Assembly: GCA_965242915.1 (NCBI GenBank)
Contig: CBDETN010000028.1
Location: forward strand, 230,518 to 294,517
Length of the DNA stretch: 64,000 nt
From: Arcobacteraceae bacterium
GTDB lineage: Bacteria; Campylobacterota; Campylobacteria; Campylobacterales; Arcobacteraceae
Reading direction: 5' to 3'
Part shown: positions 38,388-48,170 of the stretch, piece after piece
How the letters are laid out: every line of letters begins with the position of its first letter
How positions within the stretch are numbered: the first letter of the stretch is position 1
Position numbers and translations under genes: made by a program
Notes under the pieces: generated by a model
The model's database searches: none
The model's input: the letters and a program-made list of their open reading frames with translations, nothing else
What the model was told of the DNA's origin: nothing

Positions 38388-38846
38388 TTGGGAGTGATTT
38401 TTGCAACTAAAGCAATTAGTGCAGTTTATCCTAAAGCAGAGATTCAAAGATGTATAGTACATCAAATACGAAATTCATTAAAGTTTGTATCTTGGAAAGA
38501 TAGAAAAGCAGTTGCTAAAGATTTAAAATCAGTTTATATAGCTTACACTGAAGAAGATGGACAATTAGCACTTACAGAGTTTAATGATATCTGGGGTAAA
38601 AAATATCCTAACATTACTGTTTCTTGGACAAATCACTGGTCTGAATTGTCTACATTTTTCAAATATCCAGATTCTGTGAGAAAATTAATTTATACAACAA
38701 ATCCTATTGAATCTTTAAATGCTACAATCAAAAGAAAAACCAAATCTAAAGGTTCATTTCCAACAGAAGATTATGCTTTTAAAGTGATGTATCTATCTTG
38801 TGCTGAACAACAAAATAAATGGAATACATCTAGTATTAGAAATTGA
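38388..38846 (+). pseudogene. IS256-family (mutator-type) transposase, C-terminal third only
   Basis: CIVHQIRNS..NPIESLN motifs match the IS256 transposase C-terminus. The N-terminal two thirds are absent. The 35-bp right inverted repeat lies about 75 nt downstream. Confidence 0.7.
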
Positions 38847-38955
38847 TTTGAAATTTATCCTCAACTTAGTATATTTTTTAAGGAGATTATGGCAAAATAT
38901 GAGAAGTGATTAAAAAGAAACTGGTGGGTTTACACAGTTTATTTTACACTCTCTT

Positions 38956-39210
38956 TTAAATATATACTTGTTTTCTATGAGCAATTTTAGATATAAGCAT
39001 TAAATCATCTTCCTTATAAAAAATAACTCTATAATCCCCAACTCTTAATCTATACGCACCATCAAATGGTGTTTTTAGTTTTTTAACTTTAGTCGATATT
39101 GGATTCGCAACATAATCTTCGATATTATCTAATATTTTTGATGCTATTTGTTTATTTAATTTTTGTAATTGTTTTATAGCTTTAGGGTCATATTGTATAT
39201 TACAAGTCAA
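38956..39210 (-). CDS. RelE/ParE-family type II toxin
   Basis: 84 aa. GAYRLRVGDYRVIFY motif. Confidence 0.75.
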   Translation of the reverse strand: MTCNIQYDPKAIKQLQKLNKQIASKILDNIEDYVANPISTKVKKLKTPFDGAYRLRVGDYRVIFYKEDDLMLISKIAHRKQVYI

Positions 39211-39415
39211 GCGAAGCTCTTAAATCACTATGTGATACAGTTTTTAATGTTCCCATTTTGTAATCTTGTACCGTCTTAGTAACAGCATTAACATCAAAGT
39301 AATCTTGTAAAGCTTCTCTTACTACTTGTGTTTTTTTCTTACCGGTTTCTGCAGCAATTAAGCTTAACTCTTCTATTAAAGTATCTTCTAGTGTAATGGT
39401 CATTTTTTTAGTCAT
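39200..39415 (-). CDS. ribbon-helix-helix antitoxin (RelB/ParD-like)
   Basis: MTITLEDTLIEEL N-terminus, overlaps the toxin start. Start chosen at ATG 39415 (AGGAT RBS). ATG 39451 or 39403 are alternatives. Confidence 0.6.
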   Translation of the reverse strand: MTKKMTITLEDTLIEELSLIAAETGKKKTQVVREALQDYFDVNAVTKTVQDYKMGTLKTVSHSDLRASLDL

Positions 39416-39470
39416 TTTAAATCCTAATGAGTATTTACCATACTTTACCATACTTTATATAAAAGAACCC

Positions 39471-39505
39471 AAAAAAGGTTAAGCTAGTCAGCTTAACCTT
39501 TTTTT
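39471..39505. terminator. bidirectional rho-independent terminator
   Basis: AAAAAA-GGTTAAGCT-agtc-AGCTTAACC-TTTTTTT. Confidence 0.55.
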
Positions 39506-39610
39506 ATGTTAAAGAATTATACAAGGAAAAACAATTCTTTATATATTGTCAAATTTCGTACTGTAATTATAATGAACGAAAATGAAATGAAAATGAAAAT
39601 TGATAGATAT

Positions 39611-40948
39611 CTATAAAATTACTGTAACAGTGGTTCCAATACCGATTTGTGAATCTATCTTAAGAGTAGCATCATGAAGTTCAATACTGTTTTTTACTAT
39701 GCTCAAACCTAGTCCAAAACCTTTTATTCTTTTATTTCTTGATTCATCAACTCTATAAAATCTATTCATCACTTTTGATAATTGTTCTTTTGATATACCT
39801 ATACCCTCATCTTTAATAATAAAATAGATTTTATCTTTTTTATAAAGAGATATATAGATATTTTTATCGTTAGGGGTATATTTAATTGCATTATCAATTA
39901 AGTTTGAAAAGATTGTAGTTATCAATAAAGGATTTGCTTCTATCTCAATAGATTCAAATTTTTCTAGATGAAGTTTTATATTTTTCTCTTTTAGTTGCAT
40001 ATTGTATTTATTAATTGTATCTAAAAGAAGAGAGTCCAAACTGGTTGTCTGAAAAGTCTGTTTGATATTGGCTTTTGTATATTTTGTCAGCATTAGTAGA
40101 TTATCTATAATTGCTTGGATTTGAGCAGTTTCATCCTCAATAGTTTTTAAGCTTTTTATATAATATTCTGATTCTCTGATTTTATTCAAAGTTATCTCTA
40201 TTTCCCCTTTTATAACGGTAAGCGGTGTTTTTAACTCATGCGAAACATCACTGTTAAATTGTTCAAGATGTTCAACTCCGCTATTTAATCTTTCAAGCAT
40301 ATTGTTAAAAGAATCCACAAGCTCTTTTATCTCGTCATCGTTTGAGGGCTGCTCAATTGTTTGTGATAAGTCAGTTACAGAAATCTTATTTGCTGTTTGT
40401 GTAATGCGGATTATTGGTTTTAGAATCTTGGTTATCACTTTATTTGCTGCAAAAATCAGTAAAAGTAATAATACAGGTTCCAATATAAATAAAGTATTTT
40501 TTACCTCCTGAAGTTTAGCATTTATCTCTGCGTCTATATTGTGTCTATAAAATAATATTGCACCTTTAAAAGGTATATATATTTTAAAAACATATAATCC
40601 ATTAAGTGTTTTTCCTTGCTTAAAAACAAAAAAAGTTTTCTTTTCTTTTATATATGGCATAAGTTGTTTAAAATTTCTGTTGCCTTTTTTATATATTATT
40701 TTATTTTCTTTTACGATTGCTACATCAAATGATTCTAATTGTTTATCCTTTAAAAGTTCTTGGATTGGGATATTTGATTTAATATTATCATTTATGAAAA
40801 CTGCTTTATTATAAAGTTCATTTTGAATACTTAATTTTATATTTTGTTCCAAAAAGTAGTAAAAAGCTCCATTAAAAAGAAATAAAATAACAATTGTAAT
40901 TCCACCAAACCAAACTAGAACTTGTGTTTTTAAACTTTTAAATTTCAA
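39611..40948 (-). CDS. sensor histidine kinase
   Basis: 445 aa. Two TM flanking a periplasmic domain, HisKA (HELKTPLTVIKGEIE), HATPase_c. Confidence 0.8.
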   Translation of the reverse strand: MKFKSLKTQVLVWFGGITIVILFLFNGAFYYFLEQNIKLSIQNELYNKAVFINDNIKSNIPIQELLKDKQLESFDVAIVKENKIIYKKGNRNFKQLMPYIKEKKTFFVFKQGKTLNGLYVFKIYIPFKGAILFYRHNIDAEINAKLQEVKNTLFILEPVLLLLLIFAANKVITKILKPIIRITQTANKISVTDLSQTIEQPSNDDEIKELVDSFNNMLERLNSGVEHLEQFNSDVSHELKTPLTVIKGEIEITLNKIRESEYYIKSLKTIEDETAQIQAIIDNLLMLTKYTKANIKQTFQTTSLDSLLLDTINKYNMQLKEKNIKLHLEKFESIEIEANPLLITTIFSNLIDNAIKYTPNDKNIYISLYKKDKIYFIIKDEGIGISKEQLSKVMNRFYRVDESRNKRIKGFGLGLSIVKNSIELHDATLKIDSQIGIGTTVTVIL

Positions 40949-41594
40949 CTTTATATCCCAATCCTCTAGAACTTTTTATAAAATCTTTTCCCAATTTTTT
41001 TCGTAAATTATAAATGGTAACTTGTATTACATTACTATTGATATACTCTTCATTATTCCAAAGTTGCTCTTCTATCATAGAGTTTGAAACTATTTTATTT
41101 TTATTTTTAACTAAAAACAGTAAAAGTTCATACTCTTTTTGTGTCAATGCCAGCTCTTTGTCATCTTCTTTTACTGTTTTAGCATCTATATCTATTATTG
41201 TATTTTGTATTTTTATAGTGTTGCTTCCGGAAGATATGGATCTTCTATAAAGTGCGACAGCTCTTGCTTTTAACTCTTTAAAACTAAAAGGTTTACTCAA
41301 ATAATCATCAGCTCCGCTTAATAACCCTAAAACTTTATCATCTATCTCATCACGTGCAGTCAGCATTATTACGGGTGTTGATATATTTTTATCTCTTAAG
41401 CTCTGCAAAATCTCTATACCACTTTTATTTGGCAGCATCCAATCTAAAATAATTATATCATAGTGATTTGTAATTGCTAAATATTCTCCGTCTTCACCAT
41501 CAATGGCACTGTCTATAACATAGCCTTCCTCTTGGAAACCTCTTTTTAAAAAAGATAAGATATTTTCATCATCTTCAACTATTAAAATTTTCAT
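40938..41594 (-). CDS. OmpR-family response regulator
   Basis: Receiver domain (DDENIL..IILDWMLP) plus winged-helix C-terminus. Confidence 0.85.
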   Translation of the reverse strand: MKILIVEDDENILSFLKRGFQEEGYVIDSAIDGEDGEYLAITNHYDIIILDWMLPNKSGIEILQSLRDKNISTPVIMLTARDEIDDKVLGLLSGADDYLSKPFSFKELKARAVALYRRSISSGSNTIKIQNTIIDIDAKTVKEDDKELALTQKEYELLLFLVKNKNKIVSNSMIEEQLWNNEEYINSNVIQVTIYNLRKKLGKDFIKSSRGLGYKVEI

Positions 41595-43328
41595 TTAAAA
41601 GAACCCTACTTTTTTCTCTCTGTCAAACATACTTTTTTTCTCTTTATCAATTTCAATTATAAAATCATCTATTTTAAAAATAGGATTATCGCTTACTGCA
41701 ACTTTGTAAGCTGTATTTTTAATAATTAACTCAATTTGTCCGCCTGTTAGCTCATATTTAGCTAATGCACTTTTTTCAAACTTATCTTCAAGCGGCAACT
41801 CTTTTGGAAGTAGTTTTTCCCACAACTCTAATCTTTGTTTCTCATCTGGTTTTACAAATTCAATCTTATAATTAAATCTTCGCGAAAATGCCTTGTCTAT
41901 ATTGTCAAGTAAATTTGTAGTAGCTATTAAAATACCGTCAAATCTTTCAATTTGCTCCAAAAATATATTTTGCATTTGGTTGTGCATCTTTTCACTGCCG
42001 CTTGTATCTCCACTGCTGCGATTACTAAGAAATTGATCAGCTTCATTAAGCAGTAACACTGGCTCACTTTTTGTTTTTAAAGCTAACTGTTTATACTCAT
42101 CAAATATTTTTCGTACATTTTTTTCACTCTCACCTACATACATAGATAAAATTTTACTGCAGTCAAAACTTAAAACTGATTTTTTCAAAGATTTTGCTAA
42201 TGCAAGTGCCGTGATAGTTTTACCTGTACCGGCACTTCCATAAAAGATAATTCTAGCATCTATCCCTTTTCTTTTATCTTTGATTCCCCAAGCTTTAAGA
42301 CGATTTATCACCTCTTTATCTACTTGCTTTAAAAGTGCTTCTAAAGTTTCTTTTGTTTTTGGGTTTAAAACTACATCATCTAAAGTTTTTTTAGGCTCTA
42401 TGAGTTCAAATATCTCTTGCTCTTTTATCAGTATATCCAGTTTAATTTTTTGTTGTCGTTTTGCTTTTTTTGTAGGATGTGAAATTTTATATAAAATTTG
42501 TTCAGGAATATAAAAGTTCCTGTTAATCCCGCCAAAAGGAGTTAGCATCTCATCATAATCAACTAAACTATTTGAGATAAGTTTACCACTCTCTTCCAGT
42601 AAACTTCTATATTTAATCTTTTCATAATCATCACTTGATATTAAATCAATCAAGATATTCATATCTCTGACACCCTCGTCACTTCCACCATATTCCTCTT
42701 TTAAAAGTGCTAAAAATATCATCTGTTCTTTATCTTCAAGCTCATGCTCTTTAAAGAAATCTTCAAGCATTATAGGTGTTGTAGTGGTTTTTACTCTTTG
42801 TCCAATTCTATTTTCAAGAAGTTCCAGTTTTGATTTTAATCGATTTATATTTGGTGAATTGTCATCAAAATTGTGTTTAACTACATTTAGTTTCTGTGCA
42901 AGTGATATTTTAAAAAACTGGTCTTGTAAATACTCTAAGTGGTCACCATAAGGGGTAACCTCTGGTAAAACCAAATCTAAAGAACCTTCTTCAAGAAGTT
43001 TAAGAAAGGCACTGCTTAAAGAGATAGAAGAATTAATAAGTTCTAGTTTAGCTATTTCGCTTAGTTTGATACTGTTAAAATTAGTTTGTACTATCCAACC
43101 TAACTCAAGAAGATTTTTTATAAGTGATAATTTATCCAAATGCTCCAGTTTTTCAATATCATAAAATTCACTTAAAATATTAATTACAAGTAGATTATCA
43201 ATACCGCTTATATATTGTTTTGTTATATACTGCAGTATTTGTGCTTCCTCTTTTGTACATTTTAATTGTACAAAAATATCATTTTTTACTATATCTTTTG
43301 ATTCTAAAAATTTAACTAAACCTTGCAT
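41595..43328 (-). CDS. AAA-family ATPase with uncharacterised 340-aa N-terminal domain
   Basis: C-terminal classical AAA module (GSAGTGKT Walker A, LLLNEADQ Walker B, SRRF arginine-finger region). N-terminal domain unrecognised. Confidence 0.65.
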   Translation of the reverse strand: MQGLVKFLESKDIVKNDIFVQLKCTKEEAQILQYITKQYISGIDNLLVINILSEFYDIEKLEHLDKLSLIKNLLELGWIVQTNFNSIKLSEIAKLELINSSISLSSAFLKLLEEGSLDLVLPEVTPYGDHLEYLQDQFFKISLAQKLNVVKHNFDDNSPNINRLKSKLELLENRIGQRVKTTTTPIMLEDFFKEHELEDKEQMIFLALLKEEYGGSDEGVRDMNILIDLISSDDYEKIKYRSLLEESGKLISNSLVDYDEMLTPFGGINRNFYIPEQILYKISHPTKKAKRQQKIKLDILIKEQEIFELIEPKKTLDDVVLNPKTKETLEALLKQVDKEVINRLKAWGIKDKRKGIDARIIFYGSAGTGKTITALALAKSLKKSVLSFDCSKILSMYVGESEKNVRKIFDEYKQLALKTKSEPVLLLNEADQFLSNRSSGDTSGSEKMHNQMQNIFLEQIERFDGILIATTNLLDNIDKAFSRRFNYKIEFVKPDEKQRLELWEKLLPKELPLEDKFEKSALAKYELTGGQIELIIKNTAYKVAVSDNPIFKIDDFIIEIDKEKKSMFDREKKVGFF

Positions 43329-44212
43329 TAGTGTACTAGACTCTCTAATGCTTGTATTTCTTTATCCCAAATAGTATCATCTATAGTTTCAAGAATAAGT
43401 GGAATATCATCCATTCTTTCATCATTCATAATAAACTCAAAAGCATCCCAGCCTATTTCACCTTCTCCTAAACTGTGATGTCTGTCAACTTTACTACCCA
43501 AAGGCGGTTTTGAATCATTTATGTGCATCCCCATTAAAAATTCACGACCTACGATTTTATCAAATTCGTTCCAAGTTTTATCATAAGCATCTCTGACTCT
43601 TATATCATATCCGGATACAAACATATGGCAAGTATCGATACACACTCCAATTCTGCTTTTATCTTCAATCTTGTCTATAATATATGCCAAATGTTCAAAT
43701 TTATATCCAAGATTTGTACCTTGTCCCGCTGTATTTTCAATCACTACTTTTACATTTTTTGTACGATCTAGTGCGATATTTATAGACTCCGAAATTAGTT
43801 CTAAACATTCAAGTTCTGCACTTTGGATATTGTCTTCTAAATTAGGATCTTTTTTAGAAAACTTTTGCAAGTGGCTGCCTGGATGGAAGTTCAATCTATC
43901 AAGACCTAATATATCACACCTCTCTAACTCATCTATAAAAGCCAATCTTGATTTGATAAGTTTTTGTTCATCCGGATTCCCTAGATTTATAAGATAACTA
44001 TCATGCGGCAAAATATGCTTTGGTAAAATTTTACTATCCTCAAGATTTTTAAACCAGGCATCTAAAGTTTTAGTATCAAATGGTTTTGCATCCCATCTTT
44101 TTTGGTTTTTAGTAAAAAGTGCAAATGCTTTTGCACCTATTTTCATAGCATTTAACGGAGCATTTTGTACCCCGCCGCTGGTACTTACATGGGCACCTAC
44201 AAATTTGGTCAT
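43328..44212 (-). CDS. nfo: endonuclease IV
   Basis: 294 aa. [12 protein letters not shown]-terminus, HDSYLINLG motif. Confidence 0.9.
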   Translation of the reverse strand: MTKFVGAHVSTSGGVQNAPLNAMKIGAKAFALFTKNQKRWDAKPFDTKTLDAWFKNLEDSKILPKHILPHDSYLINLGNPDEQKLIKSRLAFIDELERCDILGLDRLNFHPGSHLQKFSKKDPNLEDNIQSAELECLELISESINIALDRTKNVKVVIENTAGQGTNLGYKFEHLAYIIDKIEDKSRIGVCIDTCHMFVSGYDIRVRDAYDKTWNEFDKIVGREFLMGMHINDSKPPLGSKVDRHHSLGEGEIGWDAFEFIMNDERMDDIPLILETIDDTIWDKEIQALESLVH

Positions 44213-44214
44213 AT

Positions 44215-44592
44215 TTATTTATCCTTTTTTATTTTAATCAAAATGTTATTTTTTTTATCTTTAAAATATACTTTATCTTTTTTAAATAAATTCATCATAA
44301 AATTATCTTTGTAATCTTTATTTAAATATTTAGCATTAAATTCTTTACCGCTTATACATTGTAAAGTACCTTGACAAATCTCATCTTCATAAATCTTTAA
44401 ATCAAGTACAACCTTACCTATATTTAAAATTTGCAAATGAATATAATCATCATAATGTGTCACAAAACCTTTATCATAAAATTTCATAATGGGAGTTTTA
44501 AATATTATTGTAACACTTTGAGATAGTATAGGTTGCTTTTGACTACAACCTGCTAATAAAAAAACTGCAAAAATTAATATTATATTTTTCAC
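44215..44592 (-). CDS. small lipoprotein
   Basis: Start trimmed to GTG 44592 (GGGGGA RBS 7 nt upstream), lipobox LLAGC. The N-terminal extension in the ORF track reads through a GC-rich structured element and is probably not translated. Confidence 0.45.
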   Translation of the reverse strand: MKNIILIFAVFLLAGCSQKQPILSQSVTIIFKTPIMKFYDKGFVTHYDDYIHLQILNIGKVVLDLKIYEDEICQGTLQCISGKEFNAKYLNKDYKDNFMMNLFKKDKVYFKDKKNNILIKIKKDK

Positions 44593-44606
44593 TTTTTCAT
44601 CCCCCT

Positions 44607-44685
44607 GTTCCCACTCTCCTGAGTGGGAATGCAGACTAAACCGACAGAACAAAGATATATGCATTCCCACTTAAAAAGTGGGAAC
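44607..44685 (-). other. GC-rich four-segment alternative-hairpin RNA element in the 5' leader of the lipoprotein gene
   Basis: Segments GTTCCCACT (44607-15), AGTGGGAATGCA (44622-33), TGCATTCCCACT (44660-71), AGTGGGAAC (44677-85). Each neighbour pair is complementary, allowing mutually exclusive foldings. Abuts the RBS. Confidence 0.4.
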
Positions 44686-44716
44686 GAGATAATATTTTTT
44701 ACTTTTGTTCTCATTG

Positions 44717-45898
44717 TTAAGTCAAAGAAGAAGTTTGATACAAATCCATCAAACTTTCATAAAAATCTTTTGAATTAAAATCATCTAACAATTCACTTCT
44801 TGGGGACAAGTATTGATGAATTTTATTTAATTCTTCGAGCCTTTGCGGAAACAGATCACTCAATATCATAGAACTTATCTCTTTTCTCATAAAAATTGCA
44901 GGTGGGATAATTCCCATTTTTAATAATCCCAAAATTGAAGGCGAGTGATAATTTATATGATGATGCCGCCCGTGAGGACAAGCATTTGTACTAACTAAAG
45001 TACTGCATTTATCACAATATACAAATTCACTCATAATATCAATATTTATACCTATATCTTGAATATTATCTACAATAGAGGTAAAAGTTCCATCACAATA
45101 TATTGCTCCAAGTCCTGCATAATTTTGTCCGATTACCAACTCATTACATCCAAAGTTTTTAGCTACGATTGCGTTTAAAATCAAGGTGTTAAAACCACCA
45201 AAGATGTAGGTATTGTCTAAAGGAATCAAAAGAACTCTATCTTTTGGCAAATAATTATCACAAAAATATTTAACAGTTTTATATCTTGTATCATACGATA
45301 AAACATCATCATCACCATAAGGTTTTAAAATAAATAAAACCATCAAATCACATTTAACCAATGCGGTTCTTATAAGTCTTTCATGAACCCTGTGAAATGG
45401 CTTTCCTGCTACCATCATAGAAGATACTCTTGAAGCTTTGGTTTTTTCTATATGACTGGAAACTATCTCTTTGTATTTTTTGGTTTCTCGATTATAAATA
45501 TTAATTTCGCCGCTTACAGCATAATTGCCAAGTCTTCTATATGTATCTTTTACCCCTGGGTAATCTTCATTATTAGTACCGTAAATTGCTTCTACTCTTT
45601 CATCTTTATCTATTTTAAATACTTCTTTTGATGAGATATTACCGCAAATTCCCCCCTCACAAACAAAATCTAAAATTTCATTTGGTTTTATTGAAGTTAA
45701 AACTGACTCGTTTCGTTTACCGTTTGGAGCTAAAATCAAAGCAAAAGGATATGTTATACCATTATATTTCTTTGTTTTATTGACCTCTTTTGATTCTGCT
45801 TCCCCCATAACACTTGTTGCGGGATATAAAAGTCCATCTTGAAGTAAGCCTAATGTTACTACAGCTTCTTTATCAATATATAATTGTCTGTTTGCCAT
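44717..45898 (-). CDS. sat: sulfate adenylyltransferase (ATP sulfurylase) family protein
   Basis: 393 aa. HRVHERL (QTRN..HRAHE-like) and GQNYAGLG (GRDHAG-like) motifs. C-terminal Cys/His cluster. Confidence 0.55.
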   Translation of the reverse strand: MANRQLYIDKEAVVTLGLLQDGLLYPATSVMGEAESKEVNKTKKYNGITYPFALILAPNGKRNESVLTSIKPNEILDFVCEGGICGNISSKEVFKIDKDERVEAIYGTNNEDYPGVKDTYRRLGNYAVSGEINIYNRETKKYKEIVSSHIEKTKASRVSSMMVAGKPFHRVHERLIRTALVKCDLMVLFILKPYGDDDVLSYDTRYKTVKYFCDNYLPKDRVLLIPLDNTYIFGGFNTLILNAIVAKNFGCNELVIGQNYAGLGAIYCDGTFTSIVDNIQDIGINIDIMSEFVYCDKCSTLVSTNACPHGRHHHINYHSPSILGLLKMGIIPPAIFMRKEISSMILSDLFPQRLEELNKIHQYLSPRSELLDDFNSKDFYESLMDLYQTSSLT

Positions 45899-45964
45899 AA
45901 TCTTGCCTTATCTTAGTAAATAATATAGTATAATAGCGAATAATACCAAAGTTAAGGGGAGAAA

Positions 45965-47038
45965 TTGCTAGTTCATATTTGTTGTTCTGTAGATAGTCAC
46001 TTTTTTCTACAACAATTACAAAAAGATTATCCAAACGAGAAACTTACCGGCTTTTTTTACGATCCAAATATTCATCCGTACAGCGAATATCAATTACGAC
46101 TTTTAGATGTAAAATACAGCTGTGAAAAACTTGGAATTGAATTGCTTGAAGGTGATTGGGATTTGGATAATTGGCTGAAAACTGTCAAGGGACTAGAACA
46201 AGAACCAGAATGCGGGGATAGATGTACGGTTTGTTTTGATAAACGGCTTAATGTCACAGCACAAAAAGCCGTAAAGTTAAAACATACATCTTTTACAACC
46301 ACACTTTTAATAAGTCCCTTAAAATCACAGGAAAAACTAAAAATTATAGGAGAGAATTTAGCAAAGCAATATGGTTTAAATTTTATATTTAAAGATTATC
46401 GCAGTGGTCAAGGGATGCATTTACAAGCAAAAGAGGTAAAAGAAAATAAAATTTACCGACAGAATTATTGTGGATGTATGTATGCCTTAAATGCACAAAG
46501 AGAAGAGCAAGATAAACTCTGCGATGAATTAATAAGTCCTGTTTCCAAACAAATATTACCGCAAAGTATTGAAAGCAGAACTGAACTTTATAAATTGAGA
46601 AATATTTTAGAAGATAAAAATACTGACTATAAGATTATTAAAGAGAGATTTTTAAATTATAGGCTATTAAGTGCAAAAGTTATTGTAGAAAAACAAACTA
46701 TACCCTCATATTTTATTGCTTATTCAACACTAAAATCAAAAAAAGCACAGGGGAAAATTGAATACACTAAAAATGGTATTAATTATCTAAATAAAAATGA
46801 AGTAAAAATAGTAAGTTTAGATACTTTTAATAAGTTAGTCAGCCAAAATTATATAGATGTAAAACAACTTATTTTTAATCCATTGACATTTGAAGATGAA
46901 TTAAAATTTAGAAATAAACTTTTTAATAATCCTTATGATTTATCTTGTTTAATTATTTTAGATACAATACCAAAAGAGAAAATTACTATTTTTTGTGATA
47001 GTCAAACTAATATAGATGTAAGGGAAAAAATAATTTGA
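45965..47038 (+). CDS. queH: epoxyqueuosine reductase QueH (DUF208) with C-terminal extension
   Basis: N-terminal HICCSVDS and CGDRCTVC cluster. About 170-aa C-terminal extension. Confidence 0.75.
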   Translation: MLVHICCSVDSHFFLQQLQKDYPNEKLTGFFYDPNIHPYSEYQLRLLDVKYSCEKLGIELLEGDWDLDNWLKTVKGLEQEPECGDRCTVCFDKRLNVTAQKAVKLKHTSFTTTLLISPLKSQEKLKIIGENLAKQYGLNFIFKDYRSGQGMHLQAKEVKENKIYRQNYCGCMYALNAQREEQDKLCDELISPVSKQILPQSIESRTELYKLRNILEDKNTDYKIIKERFLNYRLLSAKVIVEKQTIPSYFIAYSTLKSKKAQGKIEYTKNGINYLNKNEVKIVSLDTFNKLVSQNYIDVKQLIFNPLTFEDELKFRNKLFNNPYDLSCLIILDTIPKEKITIFCDSQTNIDVREKII

Positions 47039-48081
47039 CAGTACTCGTATGTGCATTAGAAACCTCATCCAATATTCATCTAAAAGAATTAAAAAAATAT
47101 TTAAATGATGATATAGAATTAATTGGTATTTTTGATAAAAGTTTGGGAAATCCAAAATATGATATTAGTGATTTAGCTGTGATGGGTTTTGTTGATGTTG
47201 TTAAAAAATTACCTTTCTTTTTAAAATTAAATAATGAGATGGTGGAATTAGCTTCCAAAGCTGATAAAATTTTATTAATGGATAATTCAGGATTTAATCT
47301 TCCCCTTGCAAAAAAAATAAAGAAAAAATATCCAAATAAGCAGATATTATATTATATACTTCCACAAGCTTGGGCATGGAAAAAGAAGAGAATTCCTGCT
47401 ATTGAAAAAGCTTGTGACAAACTATTTTCTATATTGCCTTTTGAAAAAGATTTTTATACTCAAAAAGATAAAATCCAATATGTAGGTCATCCGCTTTTAG
47501 ATGAGATAACTACTTTTAAACAAGAATTATCACATAGTGGAAAAATAGCTTTTATGCCCGGCAGCAGGAAAGGTGAAATAACTAAATTGATGCCTATATT
47601 TAAAGAAGTGGCTTTACAAATTAAAAAAGAGGCAATGTTAATTATTCCACCACATTTTACGCGAGAATATATAGATGAAGTTTATGGTGATATTTCGCAA
47701 TTTACAATTACTACAGATGCTCATCAAACTTTGGAAACTGTTGATTTTGCTTTTATTTGCAGTGGTACAGCAACTCTTGAAGCTTCAATCATAGGAACGC
47801 CATTTGTTTTAAGTTATATAGCCAAACCGCTTGATTATTTTATAGCAAAAAATTTAGTAAAAATAAAATATATAGGACTTGCAAATATACTTTTTGATAA
47901 AATGGGGAAAGATACTATACATAAAGAGCTGATTCAAGAAAATGTAACAGTTGAAAATTTGTTGGATGAATATAACAATATTGATAAAGAAAAGTTTTTA
48001 ATAAATTCAAAAGTTTTAAGAACTTATTTGCAAAATGGCAGCTCAAAGACTGTTGCTGATATTATAAATCAAGCTTATTAA
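47035..48081 (+). CDS. lpxB: lipid-A-disaccharide synthase
   Basis: 348 aa. N-terminal VCALETSSNIHL matches the LpxB family. Sits in the lpxB-fabZ-lpxA neighbourhood. Confidence 0.85.
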   Translation: MTVLVCALETSSNIHLKELKKYLNDDIELIGIFDKSLGNPKYDISDLAVMGFVDVVKKLPFFLKLNNEMVELASKADKILLMDNSGFNLPLAKKIKKKYPNKQILYYILPQAWAWKKKRIPAIEKACDKLFSILPFEKDFYTQKDKIQYVGHPLLDEITTFKQELSHSGKIAFMPGSRKGEITKLMPIFKEVALQIKKEAMLIIPPHFTREYIDEVYGDISQFTITTDAHQTLETVDFAFICSGTATLEASIIGTPFVLSYIAKPLDYFIAKNLVKIKYIGLANILFDKMGKDTIHKELIQENVTVENLLDEYNNIDKEKFLINSKVLRTYLQNGSSKTVADIINQAY

Positions 48082-48170
48082 AACTAATCAAAATTTAACC
48101 AACAAAATGCTACACTATTTCTATAAAATATGGTGTTTAGCACTTAACGACCAATATTAAGGATACAAAA

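Larger units (their letters stand above)
36270..38398 (-). mobile_element. IS21-family insertion sequence (istA decayed, istB intact)
   Basis: Terminal inverted repeats ATCACTC..AAAGACACCGTATCAC at 36270-36296 and reverse complement at 38372-38398. istA/istB gene pair inside. About 2.1 kb. Confidence 0.7.
33296..38953. mobile_element. mosaic insertion-sequence island bounded by 35-bp inverted repeats (IS256-family-like ends)
   Basis: GAGAGTGTAAAATAAACTGTGTAAACCCACCAGTT at 33296-33330 and its exact reverse complement at 38919-38953. Interior holds transposase fragments of three IS families plus cargo genes. Confidence 0.55.

Noticed and set aside
39431-39460. ACCATACTTT tandem duplication and GAAAATGAAA-type short repeats between the antitoxin gene and the histidine kinase
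   Set aside because: Very short, low-complexity and A/T-rich. Probably slippage products without function.
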